A DNA stretch of 63,799 nucleotides, the filler included, from Reticulomyxa filosa (Eukaryota; Protista; Foraminifera): the NCBI GenBank assembly GCA_000512085.1. It is 14 parts of 14 records of this genome, joined end to end, with 100 filler letters (N's around TTAATTAATTAA, not from the genome) between each part and the next. Parts side by side here need not be neighbours in the genome. Positions count along the whole stretch, not along the records: positions 28,603 to 44,158 come from ASPP01005575.1; positions 44,259 to 46,732 come from ASPP01006210.1; positions 46,833 to 48,256 come from ASPP01026984.1; positions 48,357 to 50,896 come from ASPP01028855.1; 10 more parts are not named here. One strand, written 5' to 3'. The notes beneath the pieces are model-generated. The model saw only the letters and a list, made by a program, of their open reading frames with translations. It made no database searches and was not told where the DNA came from. Position 1 is the stretch's first letter; every line of letters starts with the position of its first letter. Below, in pieces: positions 36,960 to 48,437 of the stretch. The position numbers were made by a program, and so were the translations under genes.

Positions 36960-37312
36960 CTTTCCATTAAGCAGTAAGTGCGTTGTTATGAATGAATGTA
37001 CATGACTGAAAAGGTGTTCAAAAATTTGGATTAGAAATGAGTGGCTCTGACAACCTTGCACATTGTGCTGAGTAGTATTCGTTTTGATACAAACCATAAT
37101 GGCATATTCTTCTGTCAATTGGTGAAAAATCACGTTTAATAAACTGAAATGTACTTAAATCAAATACACCAATGTTGTTTGAAGAATATGCAATAAACAA
37201 CAAGTGATTGTTACTTCCTCCACAAATAATAATTTCGTCTTTGTGTGGTACGTGTTACTCAAATTTGAGTGGAATTGGTAAAGAGATAAAAGCTTCAAAG
37301 AGAGCTTCCATG
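36960..37312 (-). pseudogene. Internally deleted Kelch-family pseudogene
   Basis: MEALFEAFISLPIPLKFE*HVPHKDEIIICGG is joined to SNNHLLFIAYSSNNIGVFDLSTFQFIK. Both halves match the Kelch gene at 48438. Confidence 0.8.
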
Positions 37313-38392
37313 AAAAGATTTATACTTCCTTTAGCTCTTACTTCACGTAATGGAAAGTAAAGAAACTTTGTGTTTGCTTAAAAGGTTCAAAGCGCTAAGA
37401 GTTTTTTATGAAGAGTTGAAACAGAAGGAAAAGCCCAAGACGTTTTCAAAACGCAGGTTGAATTAAAAGACTTGTTTTTAGAATATTTGCATTGCCATTA
37501 AAGAAAACACTTTTTCTTAATTCGGTCTAACCAATTTAATAAAATCTCAAGCTTACTTAAAACTATTAGATGAAGAGGTAATAAAAATAAATAGAAGAGT
37601 TTGTAACTGTTCAAATTTGTTTTCAATTAATTATAGATAATCCTTTCTTTGCTAGTGCGTTTGAAAGATCCGGAACGAAAAAGACTAGACCGCTTAGGAA
37701 AAACGACAAAAAAAACTAGAAAATATATTATATTTATGTCTCATGTATTCCTCTAATGTTGTGAGAAGATTTGGATATTCTCTGCTATTGAAATCCAGAA
37801 GCCACGGTTTCTCTCGTAGTGTGTACGATAGTCTGGATCTTTCTTGCGGCGTTTTTGCGAACAAAAGCCGTCCAACAAGGAAAAACCAGAACTTTTGTTA
37901 CCTCAGGTTGAAAACAACCAAAGCAGTACAGAGACAGTAACAAACATAAAAATTGACACTTTGGGCCCAGCGGTGATAACAGAAGAAGGAAAAAATTCGG
38001 TTTTTTGAAGATTGGCATAGTAAACCACAACACGAAAAAGACGCGATATTAAAAGTTGTTTTACAAAGAAACAAGGAAAGACTGACCAAATTGAAAGAAC
38101 GACAACAGCAAGAAGAAGAAGACAAGACAAACAAACCAGAATAATTTTTTTTTTTTTTTGGCAATTCGAAAAAGCGATTTTATATTAGTTTTCGTTTCGG
38201 TCAGTTTGGCCCCCTTATGTTTTCCCGAAATTTATTTCTAAACATAAACAATTACCAACTTCAACAATTTGTATCGAATTCAAAAAACTAACAAAATATT
38301 GGATTATTACAAAACAAACTTTTTGATCAAAGAGACATTAGAATCTCAGAGAAAATTAAAAAGCTATTGGTCTCACAAAAAAAAAAAAAAAA

Positions 38393-39160
38393 CTAATGGT
38401 CAAATGTAACCAGATCCCTAAAATAGTGTATATCACCTTCGGACTTAACGCCGAACAAACTATTGTCAACGGAAATGATTTGGACCATTCCAAGAAGATC
38501 GTTTCCAAAAACAAATCTCGGAACAAGCTTAGCGTTGGGTGGAAATTGGCAGGTGATGGAGAACAGAGGTTTGGTTAGTGATGCGGAATTTTTGTCAGGA
38601 GTATATACACAAGCGTAAGTGAGTGTTTTTTTTTCGACATCCAGCTGCATATCCAAAACAAAGTGGTTCAATCTGTCCCATTGATACCAGCTGTTATCCG
38701 AAGCAGAGCCATCAATGTATGTTTGTTGCCAATTTGAAATTGACCAATCTTTTGCGTTGCAAAAAAATTGTGGTGTATACTCCTCGCCAACAATACCTAT
38801 GCCTATTGTTAACCAAAATGTACGCATCCTTTTATTAGCCACGTTTTTTTGAGTTTGAATACGCCATGTGTGTATCCCTGTTATCACACTATATTCTTCA
38901 TTCATTACAATGCAAGTGTAATTTTTCCCTCCTGTCATCAGTATTATACACCCGTCATTCTCTGGATGTTCAAATGTAGGGTGTCCAAAAATTTTACAAT
39001 TACGAAAACTCAGGCGTTCGTCTTTGCAGAATTTCAATATCAACTTTATCAAGTCCAGTGGGTAGGGTCTGTCGTCTTCACTGCATCCACGAAACCAATA
39101 TTCCAAAATTTTTTGATGTGACCAGTCAACAAATTTTATTTGTAATTTTTGATCGGCCAT
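38393..39160 (-). CDS. SPRY/B30.2-like beta-sandwich protein with short N-terminal helical motif
   Basis: TGIHTWRIQ...FWLTIGIG...VLDMQLDVEKKTLTY...LVPRFVF follows the SPRY strand pattern. First ATG at 39160; intronless ORF. Confidence 0.6.
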   Translation of the reverse strand: MADQKLQIKFVDWSHQKILEYWFRGCSEDDRPYPLDLIKLILKFCKDERLSFRNCKIFGHPTFEHPENDGCIILMTGGKNYTCIVMNEEYSVITGIHTWRIQTQKNVANKRMRTFWLTIGIGIVGEEYTPQFFCNAKDWSISNWQQTYIDGSASDNSWYQWDRLNHFVLDMQLDVEKKTLTYACVYTPDKNSASLTKPLFSITCQFPPNAKLVPRFVFGNDLLGMVQIISVDNSLFGVKSEGDIHYFRDLVTFDH

Positions 39161-39540
39161 TATGTTTTTCACTCTTATGTTTTTTTCATCAACTTCAACA
39201 TCAAAAAAAACTTCACTCAGCCTGAACTGAACCAACACCACAGTGACTCAAAGAAGTCTCAAAAATAGGACAGTTACTAGACTGATAGCAATCAGTCTTC
39301 AATAATAACCGAATTGTTGAAGATACAAAATGGTGAAAGGCATGTCCAAGACACTGGGAAAGTTAATTTTCAAAAAACTCTAATACATTATTTGTGACAT
39401 TTGCATATAACCTCCCTTCACAATGCCGTCTGTTACTTTTACTGAAGTAGATACCAAGCGATATGGTAAATTAAACAGAAAAACTATTACACTTAAAAAA
39501 GAGAATTCACCAAAGACAGTTTGCTTTTTGATTAGGCCGA

Positions 39541-39773
39541 ATGTGGATTAAAACAGTAGCCGTAGCTTTTTTGGTTGGCTTTGCAACAGGTGCTCTTGTC
39601 GGATGGAAAGCGCACAGCAGTTTTGCTCAACAGTTTAGTATAGTGTGTTTGTCTTTCTACGACAAAAAATGTGAGCATTTACATGTTTGGGATTCAGAAA
39701 TAAACCAGTCGCACGTCCCGTCTCAACAAAAAACATTCCTAACCGAAAGGGATTTATAAATAACCTGAGTTGA
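39541..39773 (+). CDS. Possible small single-pass membrane protein, 2 exons
   Basis: MWIKTVAVAFLVGFATGALVGWKAH has a GxxxG-rich TM. A plausible phase-2 intron (CA|gtttag...attcag|A) gives a short basic tail ending TGA 39773. Confidence 0.35.
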
Positions 39774-40185
39774 TGTTGACAAAACTTCAGAATAAATCAA
39801 AACACAGAGCCCGTTCCCATTTTATGGGTACTTTTCTCCTTTTTTTGCTTTGAGTTCCATTGCACTTTTCGCTCATCTGTCCGATGTCTACATTCCTTTT
39901 TTTACATTCTTTGGGACTATTTCAGCTTATCTGAAATTGCCAGCATTTTCAAGAAATTCTTTTTCATATGAAGAAAGTTATCAAGATTTTTTCAGATGCG
40001 GTCATTTAAAAAAAAAGGAAAAATTATTCTATTCAATTTCATTTTTTTAAGAGATAGAAAAAATATATAATCCAAAAATAATAAAATAAAATAGGTTTAA
40101 ACAAAGAAAAGCACAGATCGGTTTATAGCCTTTGTCTTTCATAACTTCCTTAAAAAAAAGAGAAATTTTCTTTTAATAAAAAAAA

Positions 40186-42732
40186 TTAACTTTTCTGAAC
40201 ATTTTTGTTCATTTGTTTGACATACTCCCAAATGGTAATACTGGCAGACACGTGAGCATTTAAGCTACGGATAACACCAAATTGTGGTATTTCCACGCAA
40301 ATATCGACAAAATTGATGATTTCGGGAGGGATGCCAGAACGCTCTTTTCCGATTATCAAGATTGTCTTTTTGTCGGGATGAAACACAAACTCATTCAAAG
40401 GCAACGAGTTGGTAGTTTGTTCCAAGCCAATGATTTGGTAATGCTTACTTCTCATTTCTTTCAAGTACTGAATTAAATTCCATCGTTCCACTTGGACAAT
40501 AGGTAGCCAGTATTGCGCAGTTACAGCCAATGTCTGATATTCAAAGTTTTCAATCATCCGCAAATCGTGGATAGTCATCGCACTCGCGCCAAAGACTTCA
40601 CACGTGCGAGTCAATCCTCCCAAATTCGGAAGTTTCTCCAACAAGGAAGCTACCACGATCAGATCGTGTTTGCGTTTTGCGCCATCGAGTGTATCGTCTT
40701 TGTTGATTAGGTCATTCTGTGTCATCCCACCATGAAGATAGGGGGGAGGAGGGGGGGGAGGGAGCAAAATCCAAGTAATTTGTTTTTCTTATTATGAATG
40801 AATAAAAAAAATGAATATATAAATAAATGTATTTACTTTATTGATATGCATATTTAACCTGTTGAGACGACTCATGGCAATATTCTTCAATCAACGTCAT
40901 AACAGGATCAATTTTGCGTTGATATCCTCCCGGTCCAGTATTCGTTTCTGAAGTGCTTTGTTCTTTGTCGTTTTGTTTCTCTTCGGTTGTGGTGTGTTTG
41001 GAAGTGTCCTTTTGCAATGAAACAGCATGTTGTTGTTGTTGCTGTTGCTGTTCTCGCTCTGTATGTAGCTCTCGGTTTCGAGTCTCTTTTCCGACCATTC
41101 CGTACTCGTAGCGCAAGGCTGTAAAGACAGGGACGACAGCGGCTTGCAACAGCCTGGTTCCGCCGATGAAGCATTGTCGATTGTACAGCAGCCACTCCAA
41201 CTGCGCAATGTCATGCTGAAAGCAATCAGACAACAGCTGACTGTCGAACACCGGTTGGTAGTGTCGCACCAAAGTGGTCGTTACGTAATGCTTACGATTT
41301 CGAATCGACTCGATTGCATTTTCCGGGCGTGTGGCCTCTGCGACTGGAGTTAGCATATCACCACTTCGTAGCCATTGCAATACGACTTTCATTCGATCCC
41401 TTTTTTTTTTTTTTTTTTTTTTTGGGTTTTATTGAGGAGAGAAAGAGAGAGAAGAGGTCTATTTATATATATATGTACATATATATATATATATATATAT
41501 ATTTTAAAATGAACCTCAGAGTTATGGCCTCTTTGGACTGGATCAAGGCATCATGAATACTGAGAATGACATCTCCCAATAGGGCTTTGGCAGAGTCGTC
41601 CAGACTCAAAGCCGATTGAATGCCAGAGAGCAAGTAGTATTGAGCACCAGATCGGATTTGTCCGAAATTGTGTGACGTCCAAATAACGAGAATGCGCAAT
41701 ACACGCACGTGGATGTCCAGCAATTCTTTCTTGTCAATGTAGTCTTTGTCAATGCTGTACTGCTGTGTCATTTGCATCATGGTTTCTCCCAACGCATACA
41801 TTAGCCAGACGTGTGCATTGGTTCTGCGTTTGAAAATCTATTATTTACACAGCGTATGATATTAAAAGCTAATCAAGTATTATATACACATATATATATA
41901 TATGTATATATGACTGACTTTGTAATCTCCAAACAAAGAGTCAATGAAACGCGTGTTGCGAATGATTTTGACAAGGATTAAGGTGACCCATTGTCTTTGA
42001 TCGGTTGATATCGAACTGTCTGAAAATATAATTTCGCTCAAATTGCACAAGAGATCTTGTATCTCTTTTTGCTCCCATCCGTAGCTCGTCTTCACGTATC
42101 CGCACACATGCCAAACAAATTCCCAGCAACGGATATGCAAAGGCTCCAAATATGCTGATCGAGACACTTTCTTCAAATACGTCAACAGTGATCTGTATGT
42201 ACAGAATAGTTTATCCCATAATATGTATATGTATATGTACACATGTGTATGGGTATGTGTTTATAAATGTTGTAAGCTTTGAAATTGGAATCGATAAATA
42301 AATAAATAAATAAATAAATGGAAAAAACACACAAAACGTCAAAAAGCTGACAACAAATTGATGGTGCTTTTCTCCGGAATGACAGCACATTGCTCCTAAG
42401 AACATTGCCACACACCCAAACAAATATTCATCACGATAGACGACATCTTCGGTGTCGAGTGACTTGGCATGATGATCACAATGACACAAATGCTTGATAA
42501 TGTCATCGATATACAACAGCGCAATGTCAGGATATTTGTGCCACAATAAACAGATGTGAGTAATGAACAATTGCAACACACGGCCATTGTTGCACTGGAG
42601 AACTTTGTGAAAGTTCTGTCGAATGATGCCCCCTCTCTCGTTATGGTGTTCCTTTTTATCAAAGAGCGAGGGCAGCAGTAGCAAATCCAAATATTTCGAA
42701 ACGCCAAGAGAGGACTTGTTAATTTCTGTAAA

Positions 42733-42771
<39 letters not shown>

Positions 42772-44110
42772 GATATCACATACAAATAAACAAATAAACA
42801 AATAAATAAATAAATATATACATATATGTATGTAAATGTAAATGCTATAGTTCATACCGTACCACGCCGCACTGGTCAACAATTCCAAAGATTGTTCATA
42901 CCCATTTGCAACGTAGGGCAATACCAAAGTGGCGCAATATAAGGCTCTGGAGAGCAAGTCCCCGCCGCAGACATCGATGGTGTCGGTAATCCACAGGAGC
43001 ACTTGGAAGGCGCACGAGGGATGAATGCGCGATCGCATGGGGTCGTACTGCTCCATCAAGGCAATGAGTGACTCGATCTGCAGCTGCTGCAGCTTCCACA
43101 AGTACAGACGTACGTCCTCGCCACCGCTCTTTTTCAGCTGCCATTTCAAGATGATTTGCGCGATATTGGTCAACAATTGAGAGGGAAAAGACGAGGAGTC
43201 CTTACTATTGCTATCAAAAGAGGAATTATTATTATTATTATCATTATTATTTCTGGACATCGTGGGAAGGCTGGCAATGGAGGTGTCCAACAACAGACCG
43301 GATTGGATAATCGCACACCAAATTTCGAGAATCGTCAAATCTTTGGTATGTGTCCACGAGTAATCGTCTGTCGAACGAGTTAGGAACGACACCAAATTGT
43401 TTCTTTTTTTTATTATCGTATGCTTTATTTCGGGGATGTTATTGTAATGGCGAATTAACGTGGTCACTTTCATTATTATTATTATTATATTGTTAAAAAA
43501 AAAACACTCTTGTTTTTTTTTTTTTTTTTGAAAGAAAAAGAATAAATAGTTTATTGATCTTTCAACATACAACACTTTAACGCCCACTGATTTGCATCAG
43601 ATCCATTCGGACTCAAATGCACATTTGTGCACTCGGTGTCCAAATAGTCCAGGATATTTTGCACTGCTGGGGACAGTAATTTCAGCATACTTTGTTTCCT
43701 TTTTTTTTTGTTTGCTCTCCCTCTTTAGTGGTGGTCGAGTTGCAATAACAAAGTTACACATGCAAAAAAAAAAAAAAAAAAAAAGTCACAACTGCATTTG
43801 CAATGCATCGGGAAAACGAACGTACTGCTGCAGTAGCACGTCGATTACCTCAATCACAAACTTACCAACATGTCCGGGGATGTAAGGCCGTGAATAAAGA
43901 ACGGACGCTTTTCTGTCGTGATTGCATCAATGTTTCCATTCACAAATAAACAAGTACATGTTTTTAAAAAAAAAAAAAAAAAAATTCAAACTCAATGATG
44001 GCGGCGACCCCCTTGGAAAACGTGGACGAGTCAGGTTTGAAAAATAAAAAGATAGACGCCAATTGTGAGGCTTGAGCTGGGTGGTCCTGTTCGATATATC
44101 ACCAAAGGAG
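40186..44110 (-). CDS. TARBP1: tRNA (guanosine-18 2'-O)-methyltransferase Trm3/TARBP1, multi-exon, 5'-truncated
   Basis: C-terminal SpoU domain LIVVASLLEKLPNLGGLTRTCEVFGA...IIGLEQTTNS...IIGKERSGIP...CVEIPQFGVIRSLNAHVSASITIWEYVKQ, with YQRKIDP upstream. Preceded by helical exons (40838-41392, 41463-41801, 41880-42242, 42211-42690, 42769-43587). Confidence 0.92.
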
Positions 44111-44285
44111 ACATTTGTCATTGCAACATTGCACCACAAAATAAAAAAAAAAAAAAAANNNNNNNNNNNNNNNNNNNNNNNNNNNNNNNNNNNNNNNNNN
44201 NNTTAATTAATTAANNNNNNNNNNNNNNNNNNNNNNNNNNNNNNNNNNNNNNNNNNNNTCAAATAAAAAATGTGCATGTAAACAG

Positions 44286-45182
44286 GCGTTCCTCACATAA
44301 CAGAAATGGTCAAGTGGTTTTCGCTTATGGTGATAATAATAGCCACACAAGACATTGCCACAGATGGCTGGGCATTGACAATACTACATGAAGAAAACTG
44401 CGGATATCAATCCACGTGTCAGGCCTTTGGACAAAATCTGGGGTCCGCATGCGCCTTCCCCTTGTTCTTGCTCTTACAAAGCGACGACATGTGTAGACGT
44501 TATTTGGGAGCCAAACAAGGTTATTTTGATAATTTATAAAAAATAAGTAATAACAATAATAAGTAATAACAATAATAATATATATATATATATATATATA
44601 TATTATTATTGTTATTACTTATTAACTTATTAACTTAATTTAAAAAAAAAAGTGACAATTGTTTTTTTTTTTTTTTTTAAAAAAAAAAAAATTGATTAAA
44701 AAAAAAAAAAAGCAATATTGAATTTGCCATCATTTTTATGGCTGTGCGGTGTGCTGATACTGGTGGTGACAATGTTGGTGATGGTGTTTGTGAAGGAGCG
44801 AAGACCGACCACGTCCGAGCAAAAGGAGTTGGACGGACTGACGATCGTGTCGGTATACGCGGACATGGCTAGGATAGCGCGAGTGCCGAGCATACTGTGG
44901 CTGGTGTTGATTTTGCTAACCGGGAGACTAGCGTTCACATGCATCGACTCGGCCACGCAGCTGAGACTAAACCAAAAGGGCTTTCCCAAGGAAACATTGA
45001 GTCTACTGTCACTGCTGTACACGCCGTTCGACTTGACGTGGCCCATTGCGTCTGCGTCGCTATCTCGAGCAATGAATCTGCAAGCATTGCAAATGTTAAA
45101 GTTCGGGTACTTTGTTCGAATGGCCATTGGCCTGGTCTTCGTAGGGTTGGTGTACACTTTTGACGATTTGAATTTCATAGAC

Positions 45183-45230
<48 letters not shown>

Positions 45231-45683
45231 AATACTCTGTTGGCTGCCGTCGATGGCCATTCTCCAAAGAAAGTTCATTTGTCTTTCCTTTTTTTGACAT
45301 TTCATATTTGCACCACCATTTTGTATTCCTTTTCTTCCAGCATAATGTTCACCAATATGGTTGCCTTTTTTGCCAAAATCGCTGATCCTACCATCGGAGG
45401 CACCTACTTAACTTTACTGTCCACGATTGCAAACATGGGGCTCATCTGGCCGAAATACTTTGTTTTCAAAGGCATTGACTACTTCACTGTTCGTCAATCC
45501 TATGTGTGTGGCGACAATGCTCAAATGTGCACTAACATTGTACAGGACGGCTATTTTGTTATGTCTTTCTTCTCTTTTGTTTTTGGTGTTGTTTGGATCT
45601 TTTTTGCTCGCCATCTTCTTAGCGCGCTAGAGGCACTTCCCAAAGCAAGCTGGAAGGTCCCTAGGGGTGGTAAACATGCTTAA
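44286..45683 (+). CDS. SLC33A1: Acetyl-CoA transporter 1 (AmpG-like MFS), 5'-truncated; exons 44286-44519 and 44713-45683
   Basis: ATQDIATDGWALTIL...YQSTCQAFGQNLG; GFPKETLSLL; AFFAKIADPTIGGTYLTLLSTIANMGLIWP; DGYFV. Phase-1 intron is in frame; poly-Asn insert in a loop. Confidence 0.9.
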
Positions 45684-46448
45684 GAGCAACTCTACCCCCC
45701 CTTATTGCCAACACATGTCATAGACATTCTATTGTCTCGACATGTTTATTATCTAAGTCAAATTCTTTTTTTTTTTTGATTTTTTTAATCACAACAAAAA
45801 ATCGTTTCTTTTTTTTTTTAAAAAATATATATTTCATCATAGCCAATTTGTAGAGCACAACAACTTTAACACATCAACGTTTTTCGATTGCCTTGTTTTT
45901 GAACAAGCAAAAATTTCTTTCTTTCTCTTTGTTCATGAACCGCAGATTTGCTTTTTAAAAAAAATGGAAAAGTCGCACTATTCGACTGTGCAAGTAAAGC
46001 CAAAAATTCCACGAGTAATCAATACACATTGCCTTCAGAATATTTTATAATTGCTGTCGAAAATTCTCATTTATAAGCTGTAAACAGTGACTTTTTTTTT
46101 TGAAACAAGTTCGTGAAGCCCCAGATCTTGAACCACTGCATTTTTCAAAGTTGTATCTTCAAAAAGGCTTAAAAAAGGTAATAATTATCATCCCACAAGT
46201 TTAAACAGAACAAGTTATGTGTCAGCGTATTTGCGCTTTCTTTTTTTTTAAGGATTGGGTGCGTGTGGTGGGGACTGTTCAAACAGTTGTCAAAGGAATA
46301 CTTGTGCCAAGTTATTTTGACATGGACACCATTGACACTAACAAACTATTAATCAAAGTTTTGGATCATGACCCTATCCATTTTTATTTTTTATTTTTTT
46401 GAAGCATTTACTCCGAGAAATAACTGTGTGCATTACTTGATCAGACTT

Positions 46449-46660
46449 ATGGAAACGAATCTGGTCATTCTCCTACAAAACTTTTGGGGGGAATGCAAAA
46501 TCAGTTCCGACAAGACAAATTTGCAACAGAAATGAGAGCATTAAAAAGATTGTGTAGCAATGTGATCGAAGAAGGAGAATTGCAAAGACAATTAGAAGAA
46601 GCGAATGGTAACATAGCAATGGTGGTTGAAAAGCTGATCTCGGAATTAATGAATGAGAAA
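46449..46660 (+). CDS. Exon with UBA/CUE-like helical motif, truncated by contig end
   Basis: DKFATEMRALKRLCSNVIEEGELQRQLEEANGNIAMVVEKLI resembles a UBA-type three-helix pattern (L...NGN....VE.L). Donor GAGAAA|gttatt at 46660/46661. Confidence 0.35.
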
Positions 46661-46832
46661 GTTATTTTATCAAAAAAAAAAAAAAAAAAAGAAAAGGTCA
46701 ACCCAATAATATTTCAAAAAAAAAAAAAAAAANNNNNNNNNNNNNNNNNNNNNNNNNNNNNNNNNNNNNNNNNNNNTTAATTAATTAANNNNNNNNNNNN
46801 NNNNNNNNNNNNNNNNNNNNNNNNNNNNNNNN

Positions 46833-46876
46833 CCCAAAAACGAATTGTCTTATCCAATGATCCAGAACATATCACA
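46833..46876 (-). pseudogene. 5'-truncated WD40-family fragment
   Basis: Reverse complement encodes VICSGSLDKTIRFW; homology ends abruptly upstream. Confidence 0.6.
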
Positions 46877-47443
46877 ATAGAAAAACCTAAAAATAACTAG
46901 CTTCCAAAAAGACTGAAAATATGCATAACAATGATAACTTTGTAGACATTTCTTTATGTTTTTTTTTGTTTCTCTTGAGATCTCTTGACGATAAAAGATG
47001 AAAAAATGTTCAATTTTTTGACGATTCCTCGCTGATTTTGAGATAAAAAAGTTCACGATACAAGTGAACAGCGTACTGCCTTTTCAGTGAGGGAAAAACG
47101 GATACTCTTTATAAGATGTCATTTTATGTTTAGTCTTCCTGCAACCTATTGTATTAGCTGTTTCCACGTTATAGTACATAAGTTTATCTCTTCTTGTTTT
47201 TAAGTACGTAAGCGAATGTTTACTTTGATTTATCATTTAAACCTTACGAGTGTTAAATGGCATCAGTGTAATCAAAAGAAAAAAGGAAAAGATATCTATA
47301 CTAGGAGTTTGCAAACACCAAACGTTCATTTTAAAAAATGCAAAAAACTTTTAGAGATTGCACCAAAAAGGTAAAAACGTGCAAAAAACTAGGAAAAAAA
47401 ACTTGATAAGAACGGGGCTGAGGGTGAAAAAAATTGTGTAAAA

Positions 47444-47723
47444 ATGACAGATTCAAAGATTGATACAAATTTTTCGCCATCAAATATCGTGTTCGATAAA
47501 ATACAAAAAGATTTAGGAGAATATCATTCAGATAGTACGGACGAAGACATGGTGCTTGAGCCGCAAGAAGAAGCGAGGAACGACAAGAAAAACGCAAAGG
47601 ACATAAATGAAACAAATGCAGCCGAGAATGAAAACAGTGACAATGAGAATAAATACCCGTTGGATGAAAACGGAGATGCTGTTATGTCAGACAAACTGAC
47701 AGACAGTGTTAATGATAGCAGTA

Positions 47724-47756
<33 letters not shown>

Positions 47757-48169
47757 ATAATAATAATAGTAATAGTAATAACAATAACAATGATAATAAC
47801 AATAATGACAACGATGACGACAACGATGCAAATGACTTGGAAATGGAAAGAGAAAAAGAAGAAAAGGAGAACGGGCTTAGTAATGGTGAAGGAGACTACG
47901 AAAATGAGAATGACAATTACAATGATAATAATAACAATGGCAATGAAAATGAAGAGCAAATGAAAGACAAAGACGAAATGGAGGTGGACAAAGAAGAGAA
48001 GAAAGAAGACCTGGCACTGATCCAACAGCTGGGTTTGGACGAAAACGGCCAAATCATGCCTGGTTTCGAAAGTGTTCAAGATGTGCACTCTTCTTTCACC
48101 AGTGATTCTGACTTTTCAATATTCATTCGCCAAATTGCTAGTGACATACCATTGCAACGAGTTTTGTAA
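47444..48169 (+). CDS. Acidic/Asn-rich N-terminal exon of a hypothetical protein (contig-truncated)
   Basis: 241-aa ATG-initiated ORF with D/E/N bias and poly-Asn. Probable donor near 48160 followed by a poly-A/poly-T intron. Confidence 0.55.
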
Positions 48170-48217
48170 TCAAAACACAATACATACAAAAAAAAAAAAA
48201 AAATCCTACATTTTCGC

Positions 48218-48256
<39 letters not shown>

Positions 48257-48437
48257 NNNNNNNNNNNNNNNNNNNNNNNNNNNNNNNNNNNNNNNNNNNN
48301 TTAATTAATTAANNNNNNNNNNNNNNNNNNNNNNNNNNNNNNNNNNNNNNNNNNNNTTTGCCAAAATATATGAGTTGATTGTGGAAGAATATATCGTAAA
48401 AATCTAAAGTATTTCAAAGTTTCTCAACATTATTAAC

